Shown here piece after piece: positions 52,531 through 61,474 of a stretch of DNA of 64,000 bases. The position numbers and the translations under genes are program-made. Below the pieces are notes generated by a model. The model was given only the letters and a program-made list of their open reading frames with translations, made no database searches and was not told where the DNA came from. Source of the stretch: an uncultured Gemmatimonadales bacterium (GTDB taxonomy: Bacteria; Gemmatimonadota; Gemmatimonadetes; Longimicrobiales; RSA9); contig CAWCRS010000003.1 of assembly GCA_963798085.1 (NCBI GenBank), forward strand, positions 544,001 through 608,000, in the 5' to 3' direction. Each line of letters begins with the position of its first letter. Positions within the stretch are counted from its first letter, which is position 1.

Positions 52531-55340
52531 TGCGCCGCGCGAGCCAGCCGAACGGCCGCAGCGCGCGGCCGCCGCGCGTGCTGCGTGTTCTGGTGCTCCT
52601 CGTCCTGCGCCTCTTCCTGCCCGCTTCGGAGCGTGCGGCCGTGGGGGTGGAGCTGGACGAGCTGCATGACGCCCGCCGGCGCGCGGCGGGACCGGTGCGC
52701 GCGGCGGTCTGGTACGCGCTGCAGCTGCCCAGTTTCGGGCTGCGGCTCTCGCTGGTCCTTGCGCGGCGCGCGTCCCGTCGCGTGCGCGGTGCCGGCTCAG
52801 CGGAATTCAGGCGACGACGTTCGTCCGGCTCTTCGTCGCGGGGCCGGCACGAGGGCTGGCTCCTGCAGCTGCCATCCGGGCTGGCGCAGGCGGGGCGTGC
52901 GCTGCGGCGCAGTCCGGCATACGCGCTGGCCACGGTGCTGACACTGGGGCTGGGTATTGCGGGTGTATCGGCGGTGTACGGTGTGGCAAACTGGGTGTTA
53001 TTGCGCCCTGTCCCCGGCGTGCGTGCGCCGGACCAGCTGCTGACCATCGTGCTGGAGAGCTTCAAGTACGCGAACAGTGCGTTCCCGATCGCGCACACGG
53101 AGCTGCAGGACCTGCGCAGCTTCTCTCCGGTGCTGTCAGGCATGGCTGCCGCCGGCGAGCAGGATGTGCACGTGGCGCCGGTCGCAGCCGGCTCCCCTGT
53201 GCGCCTTCCCGGACAGGTGGTAACAGCGAATTACTTCGACGTGCTGGGCATTGCCATGGCGGCGGGTCGTGGCTTCCTGCCCGGGGATGATGGCGAAGGT
53301 GCGCCCGCCGTCGCTGTGGTCGGTCAGAACCTGGCGCGGCGCTTCTGGGGCGACGTCGTGAGCGCAGTGGGCGCCGAGGTGCGCGTGAATGGCCTGCCGT
53401 ACACGGTGGTGGGCGTGGCGCCGCGCGGCTTTCACGGCGACGAACTGCCGGGCCGCGTGGACATCTGGTTCCCGGCAGGCGCATTGCCCGGCCTGCTCCA
53501 CGAGCCGGGGATCCTGCGCGGCGCCAGCCAGGTCTGGTCGCGGATGATTCTGCGGCCCGGGACGGGCGCACCGGTGGCAGGTATCGCCGCCCAGCTCAAC
53601 CGCGCGCTGAGCGCGAGCCGCGCGCAGCATGCCGGGGCGCCGGGATCCGTCGCCGACAGCCAGGCGCAGTTCCGTGCGCATCGTGGCATTGGTCTGTCGC
53701 CGCTGCTGCGCAGCTCCGTGCAGCGCACGCTGACGATCCTCACGGCCGCGGCCGTGCTGCTGCTGCTGCTGGCCTGCGCCAACGTGGCAAACCTCGGGTT
53801 AGCGCGGGCCGCCGTCCTGCGCGCCTCGGTCACGCTCCGCCTGGCGCTGGGCGCCGGCCACGCGCGACTCGTGCTCGAGCGACTCATGGAGAGCGCACTC
53901 GCCGGCATCGCCGGCAGCGGTCTGGGTGCGCTGCTCGCGCTGCTGGCGGTGACGGTGCTGCGGCACAGCAATCTCGGTCTGCTGGGCGTGCCGCTGGACG
54001 GCGTCGCGCTGGACCTGCGCGTCCTGGCGTTCACGATCGCGGCCGGTCTGATGGCCGGTGTACTCGCCGGCGTTCTGCCTTCGCTGGCGGTGCGTCACGA
54101 TCACGCCAGTAGAGTGCTGCGCTCTGCACGTCATGGCGACCGTCGCGGAGCCCGCGTGCGCTCCGCGCTGGTCATGGCGCAGGTTGCGCTGTCGGCAATT
54201 CTGCTCGTGGGCGCCGGTCTGCTGGCGACCACGCTGTGGCAGTTGCGACGGGTGGAAATTGGTGTGCCCGTCGACGGCGTTGTGACGTTCGCGTTCGATC
54301 CGGAACTGCAGGGTTATGACGCCGCGCGAACGGTGGACCTCGTCGCGAAGCTGCTGGACGCCGTGCGCGCGGATCCCGCGGTGTCGTCTGCCGGCATTTC
54401 CGGTTTTCCGCCTTTCGGCTCGCTGTACATTCCGCTCGGGCTCAAGCGACCGGAAGGCGACTGGCGCAAGAACCGCGTCGTCGCCCGGTCCTTCAGTGTT
54501 TCGCCCGGCTTCATGGATGCGCTCGGCGTCCGCCTCGTGGCGGGCAGGCCCATTCCAGAGGATCTCTGGCTGCAGCGGGACAGCACCGCACCGCGTGTGG
54601 CGATCCTCAATGAAACGGCTGCCCGCGCGCTGTTCCCGGAGCTGCAGCCGGTCGAAGTGGTGGGAAAGAGCGTCGACATGCGCGGCCCCGGCTATCCGCC
54701 GCTGCAGGTGATCGGTGTGGTGCGTGATGCCCGCCTCGCCAATGTCTCGGAGCCGCCGATACCGTACTGCTTCCAGCCATGGTCGCAGGGGTTCGTGAGC
54801 GGCACCGTGACGGTATACGCGCGCACGCGTGGAGATCCTCGTCCCTTCCTGCGCGCAGTGCGCGAGATCATGGCGAGAGTCGACGGCACGCTGCCGGTGT
54901 ACGAACTGCGCACCCTGCGCGAGCTGATCGACGATCAGCTTGCCGAGCCGCGCTTCGTATCATTGCTGGCAGTCGTGCTGGCCGCACTCGGCCTCGTGCT
55001 TGCCGCCGTGGGCCTGTACGGCCTGCTGGCGCACAGTGTCGCGGAGCGCACACGCGAGATCGGCATCCGCAGCGCACTGGGCGCCGTGCCTTCGCGCATC
55101 GTGAGACAGGTCGTGCGTGGCGGGCTCGGCACTACGCTTGCCGGTGCGGCGGCAGGCCTGCTCGGCGCTGCATTTCTCGGGCGCTACCTCGAGTCGCGAC
55201 TCTTCGGCGTCGAACCGCTCGACCCCTCGATCTACCTCGCCGGCATTGTGCTGCTGCTCGGTGTCGCGCTGCTCGCCAGCTGGCTGCCTGCCCGACGGGC
55301 CATGCGTGTAGACCCGATGGTAGCGCTCCGCTCGGAGTGA
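52527..55340 (+). CDS. ADOP-type duplicated permease
   Basis: ATGA overlap with PadR; LLACANVANL, ERTREIGIRSALGA, VDPMVALRSE. Confidence 0.92.
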   Translation: MMRRASQPNGRSARPPRVLRVLVLLVLRLFLPASERAAVGVELDELHDARRRAAGPVRAAVWYALQLPSFGLRLSLVLARRASRRVRGAGSAEFRRRRSSGSSSRGRHEGWLLQLPSGLAQAGRALRRSPAYALATVLTLGLGIAGVSAVYGVANWVLLRPVPGVRAPDQLLTIVLESFKYANSAFPIAHTELQDLRSFSPVLSGMAAAGEQDVHVAPVAAGSPVRLPGQVVTANYFDVLGIAMAAGRGFLPGDDGEGAPAVAVVGQNLARRFWGDVVSAVGAEVRVNGLPYTVVGVAPRGFHGDELPGRVDIWFPAGALPGLLHEPGILRGASQVWSRMILRPGTGAPVAGIAAQLNRALSASRAQHAGAPGSVADSQAQFRAHRGIGLSPLLRSSVQRTLTILTAAAVLLLLLACANVANLGLARAAVLRASVTLRLALGAGHARLVLERLMESALAGIAGSGLGALLALLAVTVLRHSNLGLLGVPLDGVALDLRVLAFTIAAGLMAGVLAGVLPSLAVRHDHASRVLRSARHGDRRGARVRSALVMAQVALSAILLVGAGLLATTLWQLRRVEIGVPVDGVVTFAFDPELQGYDAARTVDLVAKLLDAVRADPAVSSAGISGFPPFGSLYIPLGLKRPEGDWRKNRVVARSFSVSPGFMDALGVRLVAGRPIPEDLWLQRDSTAPRVAILNETAARALFPELQPVEVVGKSVDMRGPGYPPLQVIGVVRDARLANVSEPPIPYCFQPWSQGFVSGTVTVYARTRGDPRPFLRAVREIMARVDGTLPVYELRTLRELIDDQLAEPRFVSLLAVVLAALGLVLAAVGLYGLLAHSVAERTREIGIRSALGAVPSRIVRQVVRGGLGTTLAGAAAGLLGAAFLGRYLESRLFGVEPLDPSIYLAGIVLLLGVALLASWLPARRAMRVDPMVALRSE

Positions 55341-55408
55341 GCAGCCGCAGGCGACAATGGACTCTGCGTGATTCGACAGAACATTGCGCGCGGCGGAGCG
55401 CAGCTACC

Positions 55409-55978
55409 CTACCACACGCCGGGAATCAGCGCGGCGACTTCCGTCTCGTACGCTGCGTACTCGGGTCCGAACGTGGCGCGCATGAGCTGCTCCTCCTGCC
55501 GGAGCTTCAGCACGAAACCGACCACTAACAGCAGGAAGCCCAGTGGCGCGGCGCGCGTGTCCTGGATGAGCGTACTGGCAAGGAGTGCGAGCAACAGGCC
55601 CGTGTAGATGGGGTGACGTGTCAGGCGATAGGGGCCTGTGCGGATCAGCGCGTGGTTTTCCTTCAGCGTGACCGCGGCGCTCCACTGGCGTCCGATGTGG
55701 ATGCGCGCCCACCAGGTCCAGCCGAGGCCGACAAGGACGACGGCCAGTGCCATCCAGTCAGTTACAGGACTGGCCGGGTAGAGCGGGCGGAGCAGGATGC
55801 CGAAGGCGGTGGAATGAGCGAAGAGGAGGATCCCGCCGGCCCAGATGAAAACACTGTGTTTGAGCCTGGCCATGCCTGACTGACGCGATCGCGTGGGATT
55901 GGTCCACGCGGCCGCGGCGAGCCAGCTGAGCAGCCAGATCACCCACAGCGCGCCCAGCGTGGTTTCGATTCCTTTCAT
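55409..55978 (-). CDS. Isoprenylcysteine carboxyl methyltransferase (ICMT/PEMT) family membrane protein
   Basis: H.LIRTGPYRLTRHPIYTG, EE..M...FG.EY..Y...LIP; own ATG at 55978. Confidence 0.88.
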   Translation of the reverse strand: MKGIETTLGALWVIWLLSWLAAAAWTNPTRSRQSGMARLKHSVFIWAGGILLFAHSTAFGILLRPLYPASPVTDWMALAVVLVGLGWTWWARIHIGRQWSAAVTLKENHALIRTGPYRLTRHPIYTGLLLALLASTLIQDTRAAPLGFLLLVVGFVLKLRQEEQLMRATFGPEYAAYETEVAALIPGVW

Positions 55979-56070
55979 TCCGCCATCCCCCGCGTCCGCG
56001 CGTCGAACGATCAATCCGGTAGCATCTGCTTCTCGCCTTGCGGACTGGCGTTCTCCGCCGACGGGCAACG

Positions 56071-56491
56071 CTAACGCCCGGCTTGCTTCGCCGCCTCCAG
56101 CCGCAGGAACCCCTGAATGAAGAAGAGACCGAAGAAGATGTTGCTGGGGGTCGCCGCCAGCAGACTGATGGTACCGGCGGTGGTCATGCTGGAGGCGTGC
56201 AGCACGTACGTCACGTCGGCGAAGATTTCGCCCAGGCGCATGCCGCCGACGATCACCAGCCAGTACGGCCGGTGGCGCCAGCGTATCAGCGCAATGGAGA
56301 TGGAACAGTGAGAACGCGGCCCATGTCGCGCCGGTCCGGGCGAGCAGTCCCTGCGGGTCGTCGAGCGGCGCGTTGTGGAAGAAGTGGAACCAGAATGCGG
56401 GGAAGAAAAGGGCCCAGCAGGCGAGGATCGCGTCCCACACCGTGAAGAACAGCAGGAACGCGGTCGTGAGGAAGCGGCGGATCAGGGACAT
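56071..56491 (-). CDS. Hypothetical four-TM membrane protein (1-nt frameshift at ~56296)
   Basis: MSLIRRFLTT...AAFSLFHL joins IALIRWRHRPYWLVIVGGMRLGEIFAD...QAGR*; span is 140 codons + 1 nt. Confidence 0.7.
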
Positions 56492-56518
56492 GTCGATGCC
56501 TTTCTGGTCGCCAGAGGG

Positions 56519-57697
56519 TCAGGGCTGCGTGGCGTCGGGTGGTGTGGCAGGCGCTGCGCGCGTTTCCTGATAGCGGAGCAGCTCCGCTTCCAGCTCCGGC
56601 CCGATAACACCATTGTCATCAAAGAACGGCTGGTACGTCGCCGCCGGCAGCGCACTGCGTGTCTTCTGACTGAGTGCGTAGCCCAGCTGCCGTGCCGCGG
56701 TGAACGTGGTGCCGGGAAAGTCGCGGGCTGCCTGGCCGGCTCGTGTGGCCACCCAGTTGCCGGGATTCGCGCCCATGGCGCCTGCGAGCAGGGCGAGGAG
56801 GCGCGCGTCGCGTGAGGCGGGATCGGTCTGCTCGAAGGTCACGGCGCCCACGCTCACCGCGTGCGTTTCCGACCAGGCGTGCGTGTTCTTCTCGAGCGGC
56901 GTCGTGCGCTCGTCGATGTAGGGGATCCAGCGCAGATCGAACGCAATGTCGCCGGCGAGGCAGCGTTCACGCCAGTCATCAGTCAGATAGTGCGCGCCCG
57001 GTCGCAGCGCGCGGTGGTGGTTTACATTGGTTGCGGGCACGAACGTGAACTTGCCATGCGTGTCGCCGGCCTCGACCACGCCGGTCCAGTACTGCTGCAC
57101 TGCGCTGCTGGAAAGGACTGTGCGGCCCGTCTGCCGCGCGATGTGCAGGTACAGCTCCGTTGCGCGCAACAAACCGAGGCGCTGGCGAAGTGCGTGGAAC
57201 AGCTTCGCCTGTGATGCGGTCAGGTTGCCGACATCGAGCTGACCCACAGTGCCGAACGGGATATCGGCGCCGGCCGCGGCCGCGGTTGCGGCGAGCAGCG
57301 CGACGAATTCAGCGGCCGTATCCGTGGGTGCGCCCGGATCATTGATGGCGAGGAAGTCAACACGCTCGCGGTTGCGTGTCTGGAATGCGACCATGAGCCC
57401 GAGAAAATCCGGGTCCGTCTCCAGGTGCGGGCAACCGAGCCCTGTCGAGATGCGGCCGATGCCCGTGGCGCGCGCGCCCGGCTGGAACAGACCCAGGCCA
57501 TCCAGCGCAGGAGGCAGCGCGGCCGCGGCCGCGAATGAAACGCGACCGGCAGCGAGCTGCTGCTGGTGTGCGCCGCGATCCGTGCCGCCTAACCGTGCGT
57601 TCTCACGCAGCACGCGCTGGATCCCGGGCATTTCCGATACGATCGCGGCCAGCGCCTGCCGTTCGTCGTCGGTTCCATTGAAGCGCCAGCCGGCCAT
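56519..57697 (-). CDS. Catalase-fold (mini-catalase/allene oxide synthase-related) heme protein
   Basis: RGAH (distal His), LFQPG, GRISTG, PDFLG, VDFLAIN (Asn), NPGNW, ARQLGY (RxxxY proximal Tyr), in the order seen in catalase-related peroxidases. Confidence 0.7.
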   Translation of the reverse strand: MAGWRFNGTDDERQALAAIVSEMPGIQRVLRENARLGGTDRGAHQQQLAAGRVSFAAAAALPPALDGLGLFQPGARATGIGRISTGLGCPHLETDPDFLGLMVAFQTRNRERVDFLAINDPGAPTDTAAEFVALLAATAAAAGADIPFGTVGQLDVGNLTASQAKLFHALRQRLGLLRATELYLHIARQTGRTVLSSSAVQQYWTGVVEAGDTHGKFTFVPATNVNHHRALRPGAHYLTDDWRERCLAGDIAFDLRWIPYIDERTTPLEKNTHAWSETHAVSVGAVTFEQTDPASRDARLLALLAGAMGANPGNWVATRAGQAARDFPGTTFTAARQLGYALSQKTRSALPAATYQPFFDDNGVIGPELEAELLRYQETRAAPATPPDATQP

Positions 57698-57707
57698 GTC
57701 GTCCGCC

Positions 57708-59324
57708 TCAGAGGGTCTTCAGGTATTCGATCAGCGCGTTCTTCTGGTCACTGCCCAGCGTCGTACCGTACCTGTGGCCGTGATTGCTGTTGCCGCGGAG
57801 GCTGGTGTCGTAGCGCCAGCCTTCGTCCGACGGCATGCAGCCCCACACGGAAGTGCCGGCGACGGGTGCGGCGGGCAGACTGGCATTGTCGCCTGCACAA
57901 CGCGCCGCGATGAAGCCCATGTTGAAGCGGTCCAGCACATCATAGCCGCGGTAGAACGAAGCCGGTCGCCTGTCCTCGGGATCGAGCAGTGCGCGCACGG
58001 TGGGCACGGAGCCGTTGTGCAGATAGGGCCCGCGCAGCCAGAGCCCATCAAGCTGGAGCGCGATGTAGCCGGGCCTGTCGGGTTTGCCCATGGGTGTGCG
58101 GTCGATTCCGGCCAGGTGGCGCACCGCGCGGTTGGCGCTGTCTGCGGCTTCGCGTGTCCAGGCATTGGCGCGCTCCGCGTCGGTACCGATCTCCTCGAGC
58201 GGGATCACCGTTCCTAACCGGTTGTTGCGGCCGCTGGCGTGGCATTCCGCGCACGCCGTCTCGAACACCGCCTGGCCTCGCCTGGCCAGCGTGGAGTCGA
58301 TGGGCAGCGGGTACCGTGGCGGCGGCAGCTTCATGAGCCAGTCCTCGATGTCTTTCATGCGCTGGCGGAAGAAGGCGGAATTCTTCGCCTGCAGGCCCAG
58401 CGCAGAGTCGATGATCACCGACCGATAGGAGGTGGTGGCGCCGTCCAGGTTCATGAGCATCAGGTGCGTCGCATCGGTGCCGGCCTTCGACCAGTCCGCG
58501 GTCAGCGCGAAGTCCGTGGGCGGCCATACACGACCCTGCTGCACACGCGTTTCCAGGTGCCAGATGGATGGGAAATCCGTGTTATCTATGCTGCTGTCCA
58601 TTGGCAGCTGGAGGAAATTGAACTTGGTGAGGTTCATGGGCGCGTCCCGGCCCGGTCCCCAGGCCGGCCGCTGCGCCGCCCACTTGAAGCCCTCGCCCTG
58701 CTCCGCGAGTCGCTTCTTCGCCAGCGGTATGTAGAGGAACTTGTACAGCAGCCGATCGACGAAGCCGAGCGGGTACGCCATGTCGATCTGGGTGATGATC
58801 GTCTCGGCGCCGAAGCGGGAATCGGCCGCGGCCCGGCTGAAGAAGTTGAGCAGACCCTGCACATCCGCGGTGTTGCTGCCGCCGGCGGCGACAATGACAG
58901 GCGTCGAGTCCGGGTGCACGCGGTACTGTGTCGCGTGACAGAGCGCACAATTGAAGCCCACGCGATCGAACCCGACTGTCTTTTTCGAGAAGCCGACGGG
59001 CAGCTCCGTACCCGGTTGCCAGGGAATGCCCAGCGATGCGTAGCCGCCGGGACCGGGCAGCAGGTCATCGAAGATGCGTGGCAGCACGACCACGATCCAG
59101 TAGGGAATGCCCGCCTGTGCTTCGGCGCCGATCGAGCCGTGCAGGAAATTCGCTTCCTGATTGTCCGTGATCCACTTCGGCTGGGGCAGCTCGCGGAAGA
59201 ATTTGTACCAGCCGAATATGCCGCTGGGAACGGCGATGATGACAAGTATGACCAGGATCCGCACGAGCCACGTCTTCCAGCCGGCTTTCTTTTTCGCTGC
59301 TGCTGTCCCCGTGCTGTCGCTCAC
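57708..59324 (-). CDS. Membrane-anchored di-heme cytochrome c, RoxA/MauG-motif family (paralog 2)
   Basis: N-terminal TM helix; CALCH, CAECH; LDGLWLRGPYLHNGSVP; GNSNHGH.YG; LIEYLKTL. Confidence 0.85.
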   Translation of the reverse strand: MSDSTGTAAAKKKAGWKTWLVRILVILVIIAVPSGIFGWYKFFRELPQPKWITDNQEANFLHGSIGAEAQAGIPYWIVVVLPRIFDDLLPGPGGYASLGIPWQPGTELPVGFSKKTVGFDRVGFNCALCHATQYRVHPDSTPVIVAAGGSNTADVQGLLNFFSRAAADSRFGAETIITQIDMAYPLGFVDRLLYKFLYIPLAKKRLAEQGEGFKWAAQRPAWGPGRDAPMNLTKFNFLQLPMDSSIDNTDFPSIWHLETRVQQGRVWPPTDFALTADWSKAGTDATHLMLMNLDGATTSYRSVIIDSALGLQAKNSAFFRQRMKDIEDWLMKLPPPRYPLPIDSTLARRGQAVFETACAECHASGRNNRLGTVIPLEEIGTDAERANAWTREAADSANRAVRHLAGIDRTPMGKPDRPGYIALQLDGLWLRGPYLHNGSVPTVRALLDPEDRRPASFYRGYDVLDRFNMGFIAARCAGDNASLPAAPVAGTSVWGCMPSDEGWRYDTSLRGNSNHGHRYGTTLGSDQKNALIEYLKTL

Positions 59325-59344
59325 GTTTTGCCAGCCTCTCCGGC

Positions 59345-60979
59345 TCAGAATGTCTTGAGGTACTCGATGAGCGCTGCCTTCTGCGCGGCCGTCAGTGTGG
59401 TGCCGTACTCGTGTCCGCCATTGCCGTTGCCGCGCACCTTCGTGTCGTAGCGCCAGCCGTGCTTCTCCGCATCCGGTCCGCTGGTCACGAAGCCCACGCG
59501 ATCGTAGTCGTAGACGTCGTACCCGATCCAGAACAGCTGCGGCCGGTTACGCGCCGGCTCCAGCAGCGACTGCAGATCGGGCACCGAGCCGTTGTGCAGG
59601 TAGGGCGCGCGCAGCCACAGGCCGTCCAGAGGCATGTTGGCGTAGCCGTTGGTCTTCCGAAAGTGCGTGAAGCGGGCGGGATAACAGTTCTTTACATTGT
59701 CGGGATGTTCGCGGCAGTGCTCCTCGTCCGCCGGGAACCCGTCATAGAGCGAGTTCTGCGCTTCGGCCAGCACTTCGGTGTAGGAGTCGAGGCGGGAGCG
59801 GTCGGTGCCGATGTACTCGAGCGGGGTGACCGTGCCCACGCGGCTGCCATCGCCTTCCGTGCGGAACGGCGGTTTGCCGTTGCCGTGGCAGGACCAGCAG
59901 TACTGCCGGTAGATGGGCTCGCCCTGCGCCGCCAGTTCCGGGCGGAGATGCTCGGGCGGGAATGCGGGCGGCTTCGCCTGGTCCCACAGATACGCCGCGA
60001 TGCGCAGCACACCCGCCTTGTCGATGGTGGTGGGCGTCGCACCCGTGCCGAAGCCGGCGCTGAGGTTGCGCTCGTTGACGGATGTGTTGTTGCCGTCCCA
60101 GTGCAGCTGCATGCCCTCCTTGTACTTCTGATTCCACACCGCCGGGAAGTCCGCATTGCCCACCTTTTCCCGCTCCGGCGCCTTCTCCATGGGAAAGCCG
60201 AGCAGCGCCTTGGGCGGGTCGAACGTGTCCACGCGTCCCGGCCCCCAGCTCAGCGTGTTCACGAACGACATGCGTGACGTGAGCGTGAGCAGCTGCTCGC
60301 GCAGCAGTGTAATGCCGAGATAGCGGAACACGAAGCGGTCGACAGGATTCAGCGGATCGGGCCGGTACACGCCGGCTGGCAGATGCGCGGCGGTTCGCCG
60401 CGTCTCCAGCTCGTCGACCTTGGGCATGATGCGGGTCGAGCGGAACTTCCAGTCGGCCGCGGCGCGGTCCAGGAACTCGGCGAGCGCACCGAGGTCGAAG
60501 GTATTCGCCGGCATCCCGAGGATGATCTGTCGCTTGCCATCCGTTGACGGCCGTACCGATCCCGTGTGACAGACGGAGCACGTGAAGTACACGCGGTCGA
60601 TGCCCTGCACGCGGCGCATGGACATGCCCACGGGCAGATCGAACACCGGGTCCTTGCCATCCTCGTAGATCATGCCGAACGAGAGAAAGCCGCGGCCGGC
60701 CTGATGATCGGGCAGGTACTCCGGAAACATTTCGGGCAGCGCGATCCAGATCCAGTAGGGAAAACCGAAGCCGAATTGCGTGCCGAAACCGCGCTCGCCG
60801 CCGGTCGAGCCGTACTTGAAGTGCTCCTGGACGTCTTCGTACGTGACCGGCTTGTCATTGGTGAGCCGCACGGTCAGGTAGATGGCAAGGCCGATGAACG
60901 CGAGTACGCAGACGACGCCGATCCAGAATGTGATGTTCGCGAGTTTCTTCCGCGTCCGCTCCAGGAACGAGTCCGCCAT
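59345..60979 (-). CDS. Membrane-anchored di-heme cytochrome c, RoxA/MauG-motif family (paralog 1)
   Basis: N-terminal TM helix; CSVCH, CWSCH; LDGLWLRAPYLHNGSVP; GNGNGGHEYG; LIEYLKTF. Confidence 0.85.
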   Translation of the reverse strand: MADSFLERTRKKLANITFWIGVVCVLAFIGLAIYLTVRLTNDKPVTYEDVQEHFKYGSTGGERGFGTQFGFGFPYWIWIALPEMFPEYLPDHQAGRGFLSFGMIYEDGKDPVFDLPVGMSMRRVQGIDRVYFTCSVCHTGSVRPSTDGKRQIILGMPANTFDLGALAEFLDRAAADWKFRSTRIMPKVDELETRRTAAHLPAGVYRPDPLNPVDRFVFRYLGITLLREQLLTLTSRMSFVNTLSWGPGRVDTFDPPKALLGFPMEKAPEREKVGNADFPAVWNQKYKEGMQLHWDGNNTSVNERNLSAGFGTGATPTTIDKAGVLRIAAYLWDQAKPPAFPPEHLRPELAAQGEPIYRQYCWSCHGNGKPPFRTEGDGSRVGTVTPLEYIGTDRSRLDSYTEVLAEAQNSLYDGFPADEEHCREHPDNVKNCYPARFTHFRKTNGYANMPLDGLWLRAPYLHNGSVPDLQSLLEPARNRPQLFWIGYDVYDYDRVGFVTSGPDAEKHGWRYDTKVRGNGNGGHEYGTTLTAAQKAALIEYLKTF

Positions 60980-61006
60980 GTCAGCCTCTCGCCGGTGGCG
61001 TGTGTG

Positions 61007-61474
61007 TCATGCGGCGGCCGCGGTCGGGAACTCGAGCATGAACAGCGCAATGCGGCGTTTGCCCCAGAACACCTGGCCCAGGTACACACCGGGCGAGACC
61101 ATGCGGATCTCATTGCGGATGAAGCGCGCCACCACAGAGGTCTTCGAATAGTCGAGAATGATCGCCGGGCCGGTGCAGAACCAGCTCTGGTCTTCGTAGA
61201 CGCGGGCGCGGATCAGCGGAAAGCCCAGGATGCTGATGCGATTCTTCAGGTCGCCGCTCTCGGGCCGGAAGATCTTGCCCTTCCACATGAACACGCGGAT
61301 CAGTCCGTGGATGACCCGGTCCAGGAGCGAGCCCGGCAGCACCATTGCGGTGCCGCGTGCGGGACCCGCCGGAATCGGGCCCGGCTGACTCTCGCGGAAG
61401 ATGCGGTCCAGCTCGTTGCGCGGCGCAACCGCCATTTCCCGCGCACTCACCTGTGATGCGATGTTAGTGCTCAT
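61007..61474 (-). CDS. Hypothetical protein, beta-rich
   Basis: ATG overlaps the P450 stop (ATGA), GGAGG RBS; WKGKIF, ILDYS, IRNEIR.VSPGVYLG motifs. Confidence 0.8.
   Translation of the reverse strand: MSTNIASQVSAREMAVAPRNELDRIFRESQPGPIPAGPARGTAMVLPGSLLDRVIHGLIRVFMWKGKIFRPESGDLKNRISILGFPLIRARVYEDQSWFCTGPAIILDYSKTSVVARFIRNEIRMVSPGVYLGQVFWGKRRIALFMLEFPTAAAA

Noticed and set aside
55409..56491. 360-aa membrane protein-methyltransferase fusion in the ORF track
   Set aside because: Produced by a 1-nt insertion at ~56296. The corrected upstream gene stops at 56071 and the methyltransferase has its own ATG.
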